Made by a program: the position numbers and the translations under genes | Shown here: positions 9,436 through 21,635 of the stretch, piece by piece | Layout of the letters: each line of letters opens with the position of its first letter | Numbering within the stretch: position 1 is the stretch's first letter | Source of the DNA: an uncultured Alphaproteobacteria bacterium | GTDB lineage: Bacteria > Pseudomonadota > Alphaproteobacteria > Methylaequorales > Methylaequoraceae | Reading direction: 5' to 3' | Length of the DNA: 64,000 bases | NCBI GenBank assembly: GCA_902563505.1 | Contig: CACEXK010000002.1 | Span: 70,884-134,883, forward strand | Notes under the pieces: model-generated | What the model was told of the DNA's origin: nothing | Databases searched by the model: none | What the model saw: only the letters and a program-made list of their open reading frames with translations

Positions 9436-11349
9436 ATGGTTATGATAAGCTTTCCCGATGGGAGAACAAAGGAATTTAAAAAAGGTATCACAGGTTTTGA
9501 GGTTGCAGAGGATATTTCAAAATCTCTCTCAAAGGAAGCTATTGCAGTTTCAGTTAATGGTGAGCAAAAAGATCTTTGTGACGAAATCCTCAGTGATGCA
9601 TCAATTTCGATAATTACTCTTAAAGACGATGAGGGGATTGATATAATGAGGCATACCCTCACAGCACAAGTTTTAGCTCGCGCAGTAAAAAACTTATTTC
9701 CAAAATCTAAGTTAGCAATTGGCCCAACAATAAAAGATGGTTTCTATTATGATATTCTTTTTGAAAAGCCAATTTCAGCAGATGATTTGCCATTGATAGA
9801 AAAAGAGATGAGAAAGATACTTGAAAGTGGAGCAAAAATAAAAAAAATAATTACATCTAAGAAAGAAGCAATAGATTTGTTCTATGAAAGAAAAGAGGAT
9901 TACAAAATAAAAATTATCCAGGAAGCAGATCAAGATAATGATTTTCAAATTTATAAACAAGAAAATTCTGACTTTGTCGATTTATGTAAAGGGCCGCATC
10001 TACCTGATTTAAAAAAGGTTGGTGTATTTAAATTAACAAAAATTTCCGGAGCATATTGGAAAGGTAACTCAAAAAATGAAATGTTACAAAGAATATATGG
10101 TACTGCTTGGAAAAATGATAAAGACCTTAAACAGTATCTTGAAATGATAGAGGAATCTGAAAAGAGAGATCATAGAAAAATAGGTAAAGAATTAAACCTC
10201 TTTCACTTTCAGGATGATGCACCTGGTTCTGTTTTTTGGCATCATAAGGGTTGGACACTTTATAGAATTATACAAGAATACATGAGAGAAAAACTGGAAA
10301 ATTCTGGATATGAAGAAGTAAACACACCTCAGTTGGTAGATAGTTCATTGTGGAAGGTGTCAGGACATTGGGAAAAGTTTAGAGAACAAATGTTTGTATC
10401 TGAAACGGAGGACAAAGTCTTAGCAATCAAACCAATGAATTGTCCCTGCCATGTCCAAATTTTTAAACAAGGCATTAAAAGCTATAAAGAATTACCTGTA
10501 AGAATGGCAGAATTTGGATCTTGCCACAGAAATGAACCATCTGGGGCATTGCACGGGCTTATGCGAGCAAGAGCATTTACACAAGATGATGCTCATATAT
10601 TTTGTAGTAAAAATCAAATAACATCAGAAACAAAAGAATTTTGCAGTTTGTTAATGGATGTATACCAAGATTTTGGTTTTGAAGATATTATAATTAGGTT
10701 TTCGGATAGACCAGAGAATAGAGCTGGAGATGATGAAGTTTGGGATCAATCAGAAAACGCTTTAATCGCTGCAATAAAATCAGCTGGATATGAATATGAA
10801 CTCAATCCAGGAGATGGAGCTTTTTATGGACCCAAGCTCGAATTTATTCTAAGAGATGCAATTGGAAGAGAGTGGCAATGTGGAACCTTACAAGTTGATT
10901 TTGTTTTACCAGAAAGGCTTGATGCAAATTATATTGGAGAGGATGGAAATAAATATCGTCCTGTGATGTTACACCGAGCAGTTTTGGGTTCTTTCGAGAG
11001 ATTTATTGGTATTTTAATAGAGAATTATTCTGGTAAATTCCCTAACTGGTTAAGCCCAATTCAGGTCGCTATTGCATCAATAAATGATAATTGTAAAGAT
11101 TTTGTAATTGAATTGGAGCAAAAACTTCTTCAAGAACGAATAAGATGCAAGGTTGATTTAAGAAACGAAAAATTAAATTATAAGATTCGTGAACTATCTT
11201 TAGAAAAAATTCCTTTTTTAGCAGTAGTGGGGGATAAAGAAATAGAACAAAAATCTGTCATGTTAAGAGAGTTGGGAAAAAAACAACAAACTTCATTAAA
11301 GATTGAAGAATTTATAAAAAAAATAAAAAATTCTTGCAGAATTAGATAA
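9436..11349 (+). CDS. thrS: threonine--tRNA ligase
   Basis: TGS domain N-terminus, class II motifs (FRHE-like CHRNEPSGALHGLMRARAFTQDDAHIF), 637 aa. Confidence 0.97.
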   Translation: MVMISFPDGRTKEFKKGITGFEVAEDISKSLSKEAIAVSVNGEQKDLCDEILSDASISIITLKDDEGIDIMRHTLTAQVLARAVKNLFPKSKLAIGPTIKDGFYYDILFEKPISADDLPLIEKEMRKILESGAKIKKIITSKKEAIDLFYERKEDYKIKIIQEADQDNDFQIYKQENSDFVDLCKGPHLPDLKKVGVFKLTKISGAYWKGNSKNEMLQRIYGTAWKNDKDLKQYLEMIEESEKRDHRKIGKELNLFHFQDDAPGSVFWHHKGWTLYRIIQEYMREKLENSGYEEVNTPQLVDSSLWKVSGHWEKFREQMFVSETEDKVLAIKPMNCPCHVQIFKQGIKSYKELPVRMAEFGSCHRNEPSGALHGLMRARAFTQDDAHIFCSKNQITSETKEFCSLLMDVYQDFGFEDIIIRFSDRPENRAGDDEVWDQSENALIAAIKSAGYEYELNPGDGAFYGPKLEFILRDAIGREWQCGTLQVDFVLPERLDANYIGEDGNKYRPVMLHRAVLGSFERFIGILIENYSGKFPNWLSPIQVAIASINDNCKDFVIELEQKLLQERIRCKVDLRNEKLNYKIRELSLEKIPFLAVVGDKEIEQKSVMLRELGKKQQTSLKIEEFIKKIKNSCRIR

Positions 11350-11417
11350 ATTATGGGTAATTTTAAAAAAAATGCTTTTTAGAAAGGAAACTTAGAAAAT
11401 ATGCAACAAAATAGATT

Positions 11418-11945
11418 ATGACCAAAAGTTCTTTTGGTTCAAAAAAAGGACCCGCAATAAACGACAGAATATCTGCAAAGTCAGTAAGGGTTATTTCAGA
11501 AAAAGGTGAAATGTTGGGTGTGTTGGAAACCAATAGAGCACTTAAAATGGCATTTGACGAAGGCTTGGATTTAGTTGAGGTATCACCTAATGCCTCTCCA
11601 CCAGTTTGTAAGATAATTGATTATGGCAAATATAGATATCAAATTCAAAAAAAACAGGCAGAGGCAAAAAAGAAACAAAAAACTTTTGAAGTAAAAGAAG
11701 TCAAGCTTAGACCAGGTATCGAAGATCATGACTATGGTGTTAAGTTAAAATCTATTCAAAGGTTTCTTAGTGAGGGTGACAAGGTAAAAATAACTCTCAG
11801 ATTTAAAGGAAGAGAAATGGCTTACCACCAGAGGGGAATGGATGTTCTCAAAAAGCTGGAAAGTGAAATTGAACCACTTGCTAAAATTGAACAAGTGCCA
11901 ACTTTAGAGGGTAAACATATGATAATGGTGGTTGCACCAAGATAG
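11418..11945 (+). CDS. infC: translation initiation factor IF-3
   Basis: INDRISAKSVRVISEKGEMLGV...LDLVEVSPNASPPVCKIIDYGKYRY. An ATT codon sits immediately 5' (11415-11417) after an in-frame TAG. Confidence 0.95.
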   Translation: MTKSSFGSKKGPAINDRISAKSVRVISEKGEMLGVLETNRALKMAFDEGLDLVEVSPNASPPVCKIIDYGKYRYQIQKKQAEAKKKQKTFEVKEVKLRPGIEDHDYGVKLKSIQRFLSEGDKVKITLRFKGREMAYHQRGMDVLKKLESEIEPLAKIEQVPTLEGKHMIMVVAPR

Positions 11946-12019
11946 TTTTTAAATTTAAAAGCTCCTTGCTTTGGTAAAAAAAAAATATATAAATTAAGAA
12001 AATTATTAGAACTATTGCT

Positions 12020-12220
12020 ATGCCTAAAATTAAAACAAAAAGTGGAACTAAAAAAAGATTCAGAGTTACATCAACTGGAAAAGTAATAATGTTTTCTAGT
12101 GGAAAGCGCCACAATCTTTCAAAAAGATCAAAAAAAATGAAGAGATCGGCTAAGGGTCCTATTATAATGTCAAAGCAAGATTCTAAAATTGTGAAAAAAT
12201 ATATGAATGTAAAGATCTGA
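12020..12220 (+). CDS. rpmI: 50S ribosomal protein L35
   Basis: [22 protein letters not shown]..., 66 aa, between infC and rplT. Confidence 0.95.
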   Translation: MPKIKTKSGTKKRFRVTSTGKVIMFSSGKRHNLSKRSKKMKRSAKGPIIMSKQDSKIVKKYMNVKI

Positions 12221-12230
12221 TGAGGGTTGT

Positions 12231-12581
12231 ATGTCGAGAGTAAAAGCTGGAACAATAACAAGAACAAGACATAAAAAGGTTGTTAGAAAAGCAAAAGGTT
12301 ATTATGGAAGAAGAAAAAATACCTTTAAAGCAGCCAATCAAGCTGTTGAAAAGGCGGCACAATATGCTTATAGAGATAGAAAAGTTAAAAAGCGGCAATT
12401 CAGGAGCCTTTGGATTCAAAGAATCAATGCCGGCTGCAGGCTTCATGGTATAAAATATTCAATTTTTATAAATGGATTAAAGAAAATAAATCTCACTTTT
12501 AACAGAAAAGTTCTTGCTGATCTAGCTGCTCGAGAACCAGATTCGTTCAAAGAGATTGTAGCTAAAGTAAAAGCAGGCTAG
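12231..12581 (+). CDS. rplT: 50S ribosomal protein L20
   Basis: [30 protein letters not shown]...YAYRDRK. Confidence 0.97.
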   Translation: MSRVKAGTITRTRHKKVVRKAKGYYGRRKNTFKAANQAVEKAAQYAYRDRKVKKRQFRSLWIQRINAGCRLHGIKYSIFINGLKKINLTFNRKVLADLAAREPDSFKEIVAKVKAG

Positions 12582-12593
12582 CAATTTTTAACA

Positions 12594-13664
12594 ATGGAAA
12601 ATTATGATCAATTAATTCAATCAGCAATGGTTGAAATAGACTCATCTAATTCAATTGAATTACTTGAAAATATCAGAATAAAATATTTTGGAAAAAATGG
12701 TATTGTTAGTCAAGAATTAAAGAAAATTTCAAAACTTAATGATGAAAAAAAAAGGAAAATTGGAAAAGAATTAAATGAATTCAAATCAACCTTTTTTAAA
12801 AATGTTGAATTAAAAAAAGTTAGGATAAGAAAGCAAGAAATATCAGAGCAACTTAAAAAAGAATCTATAGATATTTCACTTCCTCCAAGAAGCTCAAGTT
12901 TTATTGAAGCAAAAATTCATCCTATTACACAAACTACCAATGAAATTGTTTCCATACTCGGGTCCATGGGCCTTAGTTATGAGGAGGGTCCAGATGTAGA
13001 AGATGATTTTCACAATTTTACTGCTTTAAATATTCCAAAAAATCACCCCGCAAGACAAATGCATGATACTTTTTATGTTGGTGAAAAAAATGAAGGTTTG
13101 GTTCTGAGAACACATACATCACCTGTACAAATAAGAACTTTAATGAATAAAACTTTGCCTCTAAGAATTTTTGCGCCAGGAAGAACATATAGATGTGATT
13201 CGGATATTACTCATACTCCAATGTTTCATCAGGTCGAGGGATTAGTAGTTGAGGAAGGAGTCACTTTTGCAAATCTAAAATGGTTTTTAGAAAAATTCTG
13301 TAAAATCTTTTTTAACAACGATGATATAAATCTAAGATTTAGACCATCATATTTTCCTTTTACAGAACCTTCTGCAGAGGTTGACATTAATTGTAAAGTT
13401 GAATCAGGAAAAATTCATTTGGGCGAAGGAGACAGCTGGATGGAAATTTTAGGATGTGGAATGGTTCATCCAAATGTTTTTAAAATGTCCTTAGGTGAGA
13501 AAAATATGAATACTAATGGATTTGCTTTTGGAATGGGAATAGAGAGATTGGCAATGCTTAAATATGGTATGCCAGATCTGAGAAATTTTTTTGAAAGCGA
13601 TCTAAGATGGTTAAGACATTATGGTTTTTCATTTTTTGAAACAACAGATTTAAGTTGGCGATAA
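12594..13664 (+). CDS. pheS: phenylalanine--tRNA ligase alpha subunit
   Basis: HPARQMHDTFY, RTHTSPVQIR and FPFTEPSAEVD motifs. Confidence 0.97.
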   Translation: MENYDQLIQSAMVEIDSSNSIELLENIRIKYFGKNGIVSQELKKISKLNDEKKRKIGKELNEFKSTFFKNVELKKVRIRKQEISEQLKKESIDISLPPRSSSFIEAKIHPITQTTNEIVSILGSMGLSYEEGPDVEDDFHNFTALNIPKNHPARQMHDTFYVGEKNEGLVLRTHTSPVQIRTLMNKTLPLRIFAPGRTYRCDSDITHTPMFHQVEGLVVEEGVTFANLKWFLEKFCKIFFNNDDINLRFRPSYFPFTEPSAEVDINCKVESGKIHLGEGDSWMEILGCGMVHPNVFKMSLGEKNMNTNGFAFGMGIERLAMLKYGMPDLRNFFESDLRWLRHYGFSFFETTDLSWR

Positions 13665-13665
13665 T

Positions 13666-16062
13666 ATGAAGTTTACTTTAGGTTGGCTTAGAGATTATTT
13701 GGAATTTGATTCATCAATTGATGAACTTTGTGAACAACTTACACGAATAGGTTTGGAAGTTGAGAGTTTTTCTGATCCAAAAGAAAAATTTAGAGGTTTT
13801 GTAGTAGCAAGAATTAATGATATTTTTCCACACCCAGATGCAGACAAATTAAAAATTTGTGAAGTTTTTGATGGAGATGAAAAACTTCACATAGTGTGTG
13901 GTGCTAAGAATGCAAAAAAAAATTTAATTAGTGTTTTAGCATGTGAGGGAACTGTAATAAAGGCAGGAGATAAAGATCAATTCATTATAAAGAAAAATAA
14001 AATTAGGGGTGTTGAATCTTGTGGGATGCTTTGCTCTGAGGAAGAATTAGGACTTTCTGAATCCTCTGAGGGAATTATTGAGCTCACCGAAGAATATGAA
14101 GTAGGTAATAGTTTTTCAGATTATATTAGCGAAGATGAGGTCTCTATAGAAATTGCTATAACACCCAATAGAGTAGATTGTGCATCAGTTTATGGTATTG
14201 CAAGAGACCTAAGTGCATCAGGTTTTGGAACACTTAAAAATATTGATTTTCCAAAAATTGATTCTAGCTTCAAAACAGAAATAAAAATAAATAACACATT
14301 AAAGAATACGGACTGTCCTCAATTTTCATTAAGGCAAATAAAAGGTGTAAAAAATTCTCAATCATCAGAAAAAATTATAAAAAGATTCAATTTTTCAGAT
14401 TTAAAAGTTATTTCGACCTTAGTTGATATTACAAATTATATTACAATTGATTATTGTAGACCGCTTCATGTATTTGATTTTGATAAGATTAAAGGAGATA
14501 TCACAATAAGACATTCTAAAAAAGGAGAGAAGTTTATTGGTTTAGATGATGTCGAATACATATTAGACGATGGAATGGTTGTAATTTGTGATGATTCAAA
14601 GATTATAAGTTTGGCTGGGGTATTGGGTGGTAAAGATACTGCATGTGATAAAGATACAAAAAATGTTCTTCTGGAATCAGCATATTTTTTACCAGATTCG
14701 ATTGCTTTTACAGGAAGGAATCTGAATATCATAAGTGATGCTAGGTATAGATTTGAAAGAGGAATTGATCCAAAATCTACATTTATTGGTATAGAAATGG
14801 CAACAAGAATGATATTAGATTTTTGTGGTGGAGATGTTGGAACCATTGTTAGCGATAGTAATAAAGTTCCTGTTGTTAATACAATTAAGATATTTTCAAG
14901 TTTTTTTGAGAAGATTTTAGGAATTAAAATACCGGATGATTTCATAGAGAAAAAGTTGGAGGCGATTGGATGTGAATTAACAAAAAAAAAAGATTATATA
15001 ATCGTAAGTCCACCCTCGTGGAGGCCTGATTTAATGATCAAAGAAGATTTAGTTGAAGAGGTTGCAAGGTTATATGGATATGAAAAAATTCCGAGTTGTG
15101 AAATGTCAATTAATAAAATTACTAAATCAAAAACTAATGAAATTCAAAGAGTTAGAAAAAAAATAAAAACTCTATTAGTTAGTAGAAATATTGCAGAGAT
15201 TATTTCTTGGTCATTTACGAATGAAGATATTGAAAACCTTCTTGCGAGTGAAGAACAAACTATAAAGATCCAAAATCCGATAAGTTCAGATTTATCCTGT
15301 CTAAGGTCAAATTTAATTGGTAATTTATTATTAGTTATAAAAAAAAATAATAAAAAAAATATTAAGAATATTTCTTTATTCGAATTAGGCCCTATTTTTA
15401 ATGGGGTTAAACCTGGTGATCAAGAAGAATATATTACTGTTATAAGGTCAGGAAATTCCTTCGAGAAAAATTGGATTGAAAAAGACAAGTTATTCGATCT
15501 TTTTGATATCAAAGCTGACTTAGATTGTATTCTAAAAATTTTAGGTTTTGACATTAATAAATTTAGTTTAACTAAAAAATCTAGGCCATACTATCACCCT
15601 GGAAAAAGCGGATCTTTACAATTAGGAAATCAAACATTAGGTTTTTTTGGGGAAATTCATCCGGAAGTTCTGGAAAATCTTTCAATAAATACTCAAACTT
15701 TTGCGTTAGAGATAAATTTAACCAAGATGATGAAATTCTATAAAGAAAAAATTACATCAAAAAAAGAAATAAAAGTCTCATCATTTCAGTCATCTATAAG
15801 AGATTTTTCTTTTATAATAGAAAAAGATATTTTTTCATTAGATTTAGTTTCAACAATCAGGGATCTTGATAAAGACCTTATCAAAAGTGTAACAATATTT
15901 GATAGTTATGAGGGAGAAAATATTAAATCAACTCATAAGGCTATAGCGCTTGAAGTGAAAATTCAATCTGATTATAAAACTCTTAAGGATCAAGAAATAA
16001 ATGACCTATCTGATAAAATTATTGAAAAGGTCAAAAATAAATTTAATGCAAAACTACGCTGA
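13666..16062 (+). CDS. pheT: phenylalanine--tRNA ligase beta subunit
   Basis: [13 protein letters not shown]-terminus, tRNA-binding, B3/4, B5 and FDX-ACB layout, 798 aa. Confidence 0.97.
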   Translation: MKFTLGWLRDYLEFDSSIDELCEQLTRIGLEVESFSDPKEKFRGFVVARINDIFPHPDADKLKICEVFDGDEKLHIVCGAKNAKKNLISVLACEGTVIKAGDKDQFIIKKNKIRGVESCGMLCSEEELGLSESSEGIIELTEEYEVGNSFSDYISEDEVSIEIAITPNRVDCASVYGIARDLSASGFGTLKNIDFPKIDSSFKTEIKINNTLKNTDCPQFSLRQIKGVKNSQSSEKIIKRFNFSDLKVISTLVDITNYITIDYCRPLHVFDFDKIKGDITIRHSKKGEKFIGLDDVEYILDDGMVVICDDSKIISLAGVLGGKDTACDKDTKNVLLESAYFLPDSIAFTGRNLNIISDARYRFERGIDPKSTFIGIEMATRMILDFCGGDVGTIVSDSNKVPVVNTIKIFSSFFEKILGIKIPDDFIEKKLEAIGCELTKKKDYIIVSPPSWRPDLMIKEDLVEEVARLYGYEKIPSCEMSINKITKSKTNEIQRVRKKIKTLLVSRNIAEIISWSFTNEDIENLLASEEQTIKIQNPISSDLSCLRSNLIGNLLLVIKKNNKKNIKNISLFELGPIFNGVKPGDQEEYITVIRSGNSFEKNWIEKDKLFDLFDIKADLDCILKILGFDINKFSLTKKSRPYYHPGKSGSLQLGNQTLGFFGEIHPEVLENLSINTQTFALEINLTKMMKFYKEKITSKKEIKVSSFQSSIRDFSFIIEKDIFSLDLVSTIRDLDKDLIKSVTIFDSYEGENIKSTHKAIALEVKIQSDYKTLKDQEINDLSDKIIEKVKNKFNAKLR

Positions 16063-16064
16063 TT

Positions 16065-17864
16065 ATGAGTATTGTCCCAATAAGAAACTTTTCAATCATA
16101 GCTCATATAGACCATGGAAAATCAACATTAGCTGATAGAATTATCCAGATATGCGGAGGATTATCAGAACGAGAGATGAAAGATCAGGTTTTAGATTCTA
16201 TGGATATTGAAAGGGAAAGAGGTATTACAATTAAAGCTCAAACAGTATATTTAAATTATAAAGCAATTGACGGCAAAGTTTATAATTTTAATCTTATGGA
16301 TACTCCTGGACATGTTGATTTTTCATATGAAGTAAGCAGATCTCTATCATCATGTGAAGGTTCACTTTTAGTTGTTGATGCATCTCAAGGGGTCGAAGCT
16401 CAGACATTGGCAAATGTTTATCAGGCAATTGATAATAATCATGAAATTATACCAGTACTTAACAAAATAGACCTTCCTTCATCAGACCCAATTAAAATAC
16501 GAGAGCAAATCGAAGAGGTTATTGGTATTGATTCCTCAGAAGCAATTTCAGTTTCTGCAAAAACAGGTGAGGGAGTTAAAGAATTGCTTGAAGCAATTGT
16601 TAAAAAACTTCCCAGTCCAATTATTACAAGTGAAGAAAAGCTAGTGGCAATGTTGATAGATAGTTGGTACGACGCTTACCTTGGTGTGATTATACTAGTG
16701 AGAGTAAAATCTGGAATATTGTCCAAAGGAATGAAATTGAGAATGATGGGGACTAATGCTTCTTATAATGTCGAAAGTTGTGGTTTTTTTACACCCAAAA
16801 TAAAATATGTAGATCGAATAAATTCTGGAGAAATTGGATTCATTACTGCAGGTATAAAGCATGTAAGTGATTGTAAAGTTGGTGATACAATAACTGATGA
16901 CTTAAAACCAATACAGAATCCACTCCCTGGATTTAAACCAAGTGTTCCTGTTGTTTTTTGTGGATTATACCCTGTTGACGCAGATGATTATGATTTATTA
17001 AAAGACAGCCTTATGAAATTAGGTCTCAATGATGCAAGCTTTACATTCGAAACAGAAACCTCCGCGGCTTTAGGAATGGGATTTAGGTGTGGATTTCTGG
17101 GTCTTCTTCACCTAGAAATAATTCAAGAGAGATTAAATCGTGAATTTGACCTTAATTTAATAACCACATCTCCATCTGTTGTCTATAAGATTGAAAAAAC
17201 TAATAGTGAGAATATTGAGATACATAATCCATCTCAGTTACCAGATGTGGTTAAAATAAGTAAGATTTTAGAGCCTATAATCAAGGCAACAATATTACTT
17301 CCCGATAAATACTTAGGGCCTGTTATTCAATTATGTACAGACAGACGGGGCATACAAAAAGATCTTAGTTATGTTGGTAAAAGAGCAATGGTTATATACC
17401 ATCTTCCGTTAGCAGAAGTTGTTTTTGATTTTTATGATAGATTGAAATCTATAACAAGTGGGTATGCTAGTTTTGATTATGAATTTGTTGAGTATTTAGA
17501 AAGTGATTTAGTAAAAGTACAAATAATGGTTAATTCAGAGCCAGTTGATGCATTATCATTTATTTGTCATAGAACAAAAGCTGCTTCAAGGGGAAAGATT
17601 TATTGTGAAAAACTGAAAGAACTCATTCCAAGGCAACAATTTAAAATTCCTGTTCAAGCCTCAATTGGTGGGAAAATAATTGCTCGAGAAACCATAAATA
17701 GTTACAGAAAAGATGTTACTGCAAAGCTTTATGGAGGCGATGTAACTAGAAAAAATAAGCTATTAGATAAACAGAAAAAAGGTAAAAAGAGAATGAGGCA
17801 ATTTGGTAAAGTAGAAATACCTCAATCGGCATTTATTAATGTCTTAAAAACTTCTATTGATTAA
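16065..17864 (+). CDS. lepA: elongation factor 4 (LepA)
   Basis: [28 protein letters not shown] and NKIDL GTPase motifs plus the LepA C-terminal domain. Confidence 0.97.
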   Translation: MSIVPIRNFSIIAHIDHGKSTLADRIIQICGGLSEREMKDQVLDSMDIERERGITIKAQTVYLNYKAIDGKVYNFNLMDTPGHVDFSYEVSRSLSSCEGSLLVVDASQGVEAQTLANVYQAIDNNHEIIPVLNKIDLPSSDPIKIREQIEEVIGIDSSEAISVSAKTGEGVKELLEAIVKKLPSPIITSEEKLVAMLIDSWYDAYLGVIILVRVKSGILSKGMKLRMMGTNASYNVESCGFFTPKIKYVDRINSGEIGFITAGIKHVSDCKVGDTITDDLKPIQNPLPGFKPSVPVVFCGLYPVDADDYDLLKDSLMKLGLNDASFTFETETSAALGMGFRCGFLGLLHLEIIQERLNREFDLNLITTSPSVVYKIEKTNSENIEIHNPSQLPDVVKISKILEPIIKATILLPDKYLGPVIQLCTDRRGIQKDLSYVGKRAMVIYHLPLAEVVFDFYDRLKSITSGYASFDYEFVEYLESDLVKVQIMVNSEPVDALSFICHRTKAASRGKIYCEKLKELIPRQQFKIPVQASIGGKIIARETINSYRKDVTAKLYGGDVTRKNKLLDKQKKGKKRMRQFGKVEIPQSAFINVLKTSID

Positions 17865-17866
17865 AT

Positions 17867-17956
17867 GGAGAGGTGGCCGAGTGGCTGAAGGCGCACGCTT
17901 GGAAAGCGTGTAAACAGGTAACTGTTTCGAGGGTTCGAATCCCTCTCTCTCCGCCA
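17867..17956 (+). tRNA. tRNA-Ser (anticodon GGA), CCA encoded
   Basis: Folded by hand. Acceptor GGAGAGG/TCTCTCC, anticodon stem CACGC/GCGTG with loop TTGGAAA, long variable arm AACAG..CTGTT, T arm GAGGG-TTCGAAT-CCCTC. It starts 2 nt after the lepA stop. Confidence 0.93.
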
Positions 17957-17993
17957 AAAATTTTAAGCTCAGGATAATCCAGGTTTTTAAATG

Positions 17994-18431
17994 TCAAAAT
18001 AATCTCTTATTTTTAGATAACTGACAACGCCCAGTTCTGTATATAGTTTCTGCACTTGTTCTAAATTCGTGTTTAACAAAACCTGTGTAACGATTTAACT
18101 CGATAACATTTTTTCTTATCAATGTGCCATTATTATTTAAATATGACATTGAAAAAACAGTTGAGTCTGTAGCTAGAAAATCAGATTTGCTATACTTCCC
18201 CCCACCATCAATAAAGTCCTTTTGGCTTTCCACAGCAAGCCATTGTTTGTCTATGTCCAAATATAAAACTTGATCTTCATCTACAACGCTCAAATTTTTG
18301 AATTCAATATCAGTTTCATCATTTTCACCTGAGATTCCATAATTCATATTACATAATAATATCTTTTCAACTGCATTTGCTGGCAATGAAAAATTAATAA
18401 TAAACAATAGTAAGGGTAAAAAACACCTCAT
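17994..18431 (-). CDS. hypothetical secreted protein (145 aa, two Cys)
   Basis: Signal peptide [20 protein letters not shown]|VEK. No recognisable domain. Co-oriented 104 nt downstream of katG. Confidence 0.5.
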   Translation of the reverse strand: MRCFLPLLLFIINFSLPANAVEKILLCNMNYGISGENDETDIEFKNLSVVDEDQVLYLDIDKQWLAVESQKDFIDGGGKYSKSDFLATDSTVFSMSYLNNNGTLIRKNVIELNRYTGFVKHEFRTSAETIYRTGRCQLSKNKRLF

Positions 18432-18535
18432 GATTAATATAAAGACTAATAGTTAAATATAGTCAATGAATTTATCATAGCTTAAAAGCCAATATTTAAT
18501 CTTTATGGTTCTTAAAGAGTAAGGCCCTAGATCAT

Positions 18536-20782
<2,247 letters not shown>

Positions 20783-20847
20783 TTAATGTTATCTATCTCC
20801 CCAAAATATTTAATATTGGTGCAAAAGATTTAAAAGTCAAGATCAAG

Positions 20848-20862
20848 TTAGAATAATTCTAA
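20848..20862. promoter_or_regulatory. candidate Irr box / iron control element (perfect 6-3-6 dyad TTAGAA-TAA-TTCTAA)
   Basis: Read directly. It lies 6 nt beyond the irr-like stop and about 180 nt upstream of the katG ATG. It matches the ICE core as I recall it (about TTTAGAA-N3-TTCTAAA). Confidence 0.55.
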
Positions 20863-20868
20863 TTAGCA

Positions 20869-21279
20869 CTATTTGTTGTCAAGATTAACAACAACATTTA
20901 CTGATGATATTTTTTTTCCTTTAGGAAGGCTTGGCAATTTAGTAATTACAATTTTGGACGAATTAATATCAATTAATTCTTCAGTATCCTTGCAGTAAAA
21001 GTGATGATGATGATTGGTATTCGTGTCAAAAAAAATTTTGTCTGAAGAAGTTTTTATTGCTCTCAGCAAACCATAGTCTTTGAATGAATTTAGTGTATTA
21101 TAAATGGTTGCCAAGGAGATATTTAGAGAATTTTCCTGAACTTTCTTGAGTATATCTTCCGCGGTGTAGTGCGCATCTCCATCCTTGAATATAACTTTTA
21201 ACAAAGCAATCCTTTGATTAGTTGCTTTAAGTGGAGTTTTGTATAGCATCTCCATAGCTTTGTTAATTGATTCACTCAT
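20869..21279 (-). CDS. irr: Fur-family transcriptional regulator, Irr-like
   Basis: wHTH (ISLATIYNTLNSFKDYGLL) and FFDTNTNHHHHFYCKDTEELIDI. It has no CxxC pairs and only a single Cys. The C-terminal layout resembles rhizobial Irr (FDTN..HHH.Y....EL.DI) from memory. Confidence 0.8.
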   Translation of the reverse strand: MSESINKAMEMLYKTPLKATNQRIALLKVIFKDGDAHYTAEDILKKVQENSLNISLATIYNTLNSFKDYGLLRAIKTSSDKIFFDTNTNHHHHFYCKDTEELIDINSSKIVITKLPSLPKGKKISSVNVVVNLDNK

Positions 21280-21377
21280 ACTTTTATAATATTAAAACCA
21301 TAGCACTATTACAATAATTAAACTTAGTAAACAACAAAATAATTTTATTAATAAATTTAATTAATACAATTCCTAAA

Positions 21378-21596
21378 TCCCATGATTTAAATCCCTACCT
21401 AGAGCTCTTAAAGGTAGATGGAATAATGGTTATATTTAATGCAATTGAGGCGTTTGATGAAAAACTCAATATGAGAAATCTTATTTTTGGAAGAAAATCT
21501 TTAGCAGGATCTTTGCTTGGCGGAACAAAAAAAAACACAAGCAATATTAAATTTTTGGAATTTTCTTGTATCGGTTGGATAAATATACAAAAATAA
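21378..21596 (+). pseudogene. remnant of a Zn-dependent alcohol dehydrogenase (YahK/CAD family), C-terminal third only
   Basis: The plus-frame translation is SHDLNPYLELLKVDGIMVIFNAIEAFDEKLNMRNLIFGRKSLAGSLLGGTKKNTSNIKFLEFSCIGWINIQK*. It aligns by eye with YahK ..HNLDDFTTLLKRDGTMTLVG....[33 protein letters not shown]. There is no N-terminal two-thirds and no proper start, and the frame is closed by TAA at 21315. Confidence 0.6.
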
Positions 21597-21635
21597 TAAA
21601 GGATTAAAATAGAATGAAAAGTTTCGAGGCATTTC

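Noticed and set aside
20864-21310. A 10-nt direct repeat, TAGCACTATT, occurs at 20864-20873 and 21301-21310, bracketing the irr gene like a cassette or target-site duplication.
   Set aside because: It is only 10 nt and does not extend. A rough estimate gives a sizeable chance of one such match within about 450 nt of AT-rich DNA. No mobile-element genes are nearby.
21309-21323. TTACAATAATTAAAC upstream of irr could be an autoregulatory Irr/Fur-type box.
   Set aside because: It matches only 11/15 to the downstream dyad and the right half-site is poor. It is indistinguishable from background in this composition.
21384-21400. GATTTAAATCCCTACCT resembles the tRNA-Ser 3' end (GGTTCGAATCCCTCTCT, about 12/17), which could be a degenerate att repeat bounding an island.
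   Set aside because: The match is weak, and the segment is better explained as coding remnant (DLNPYL) of the ADH pseudogene. There is no integrase.
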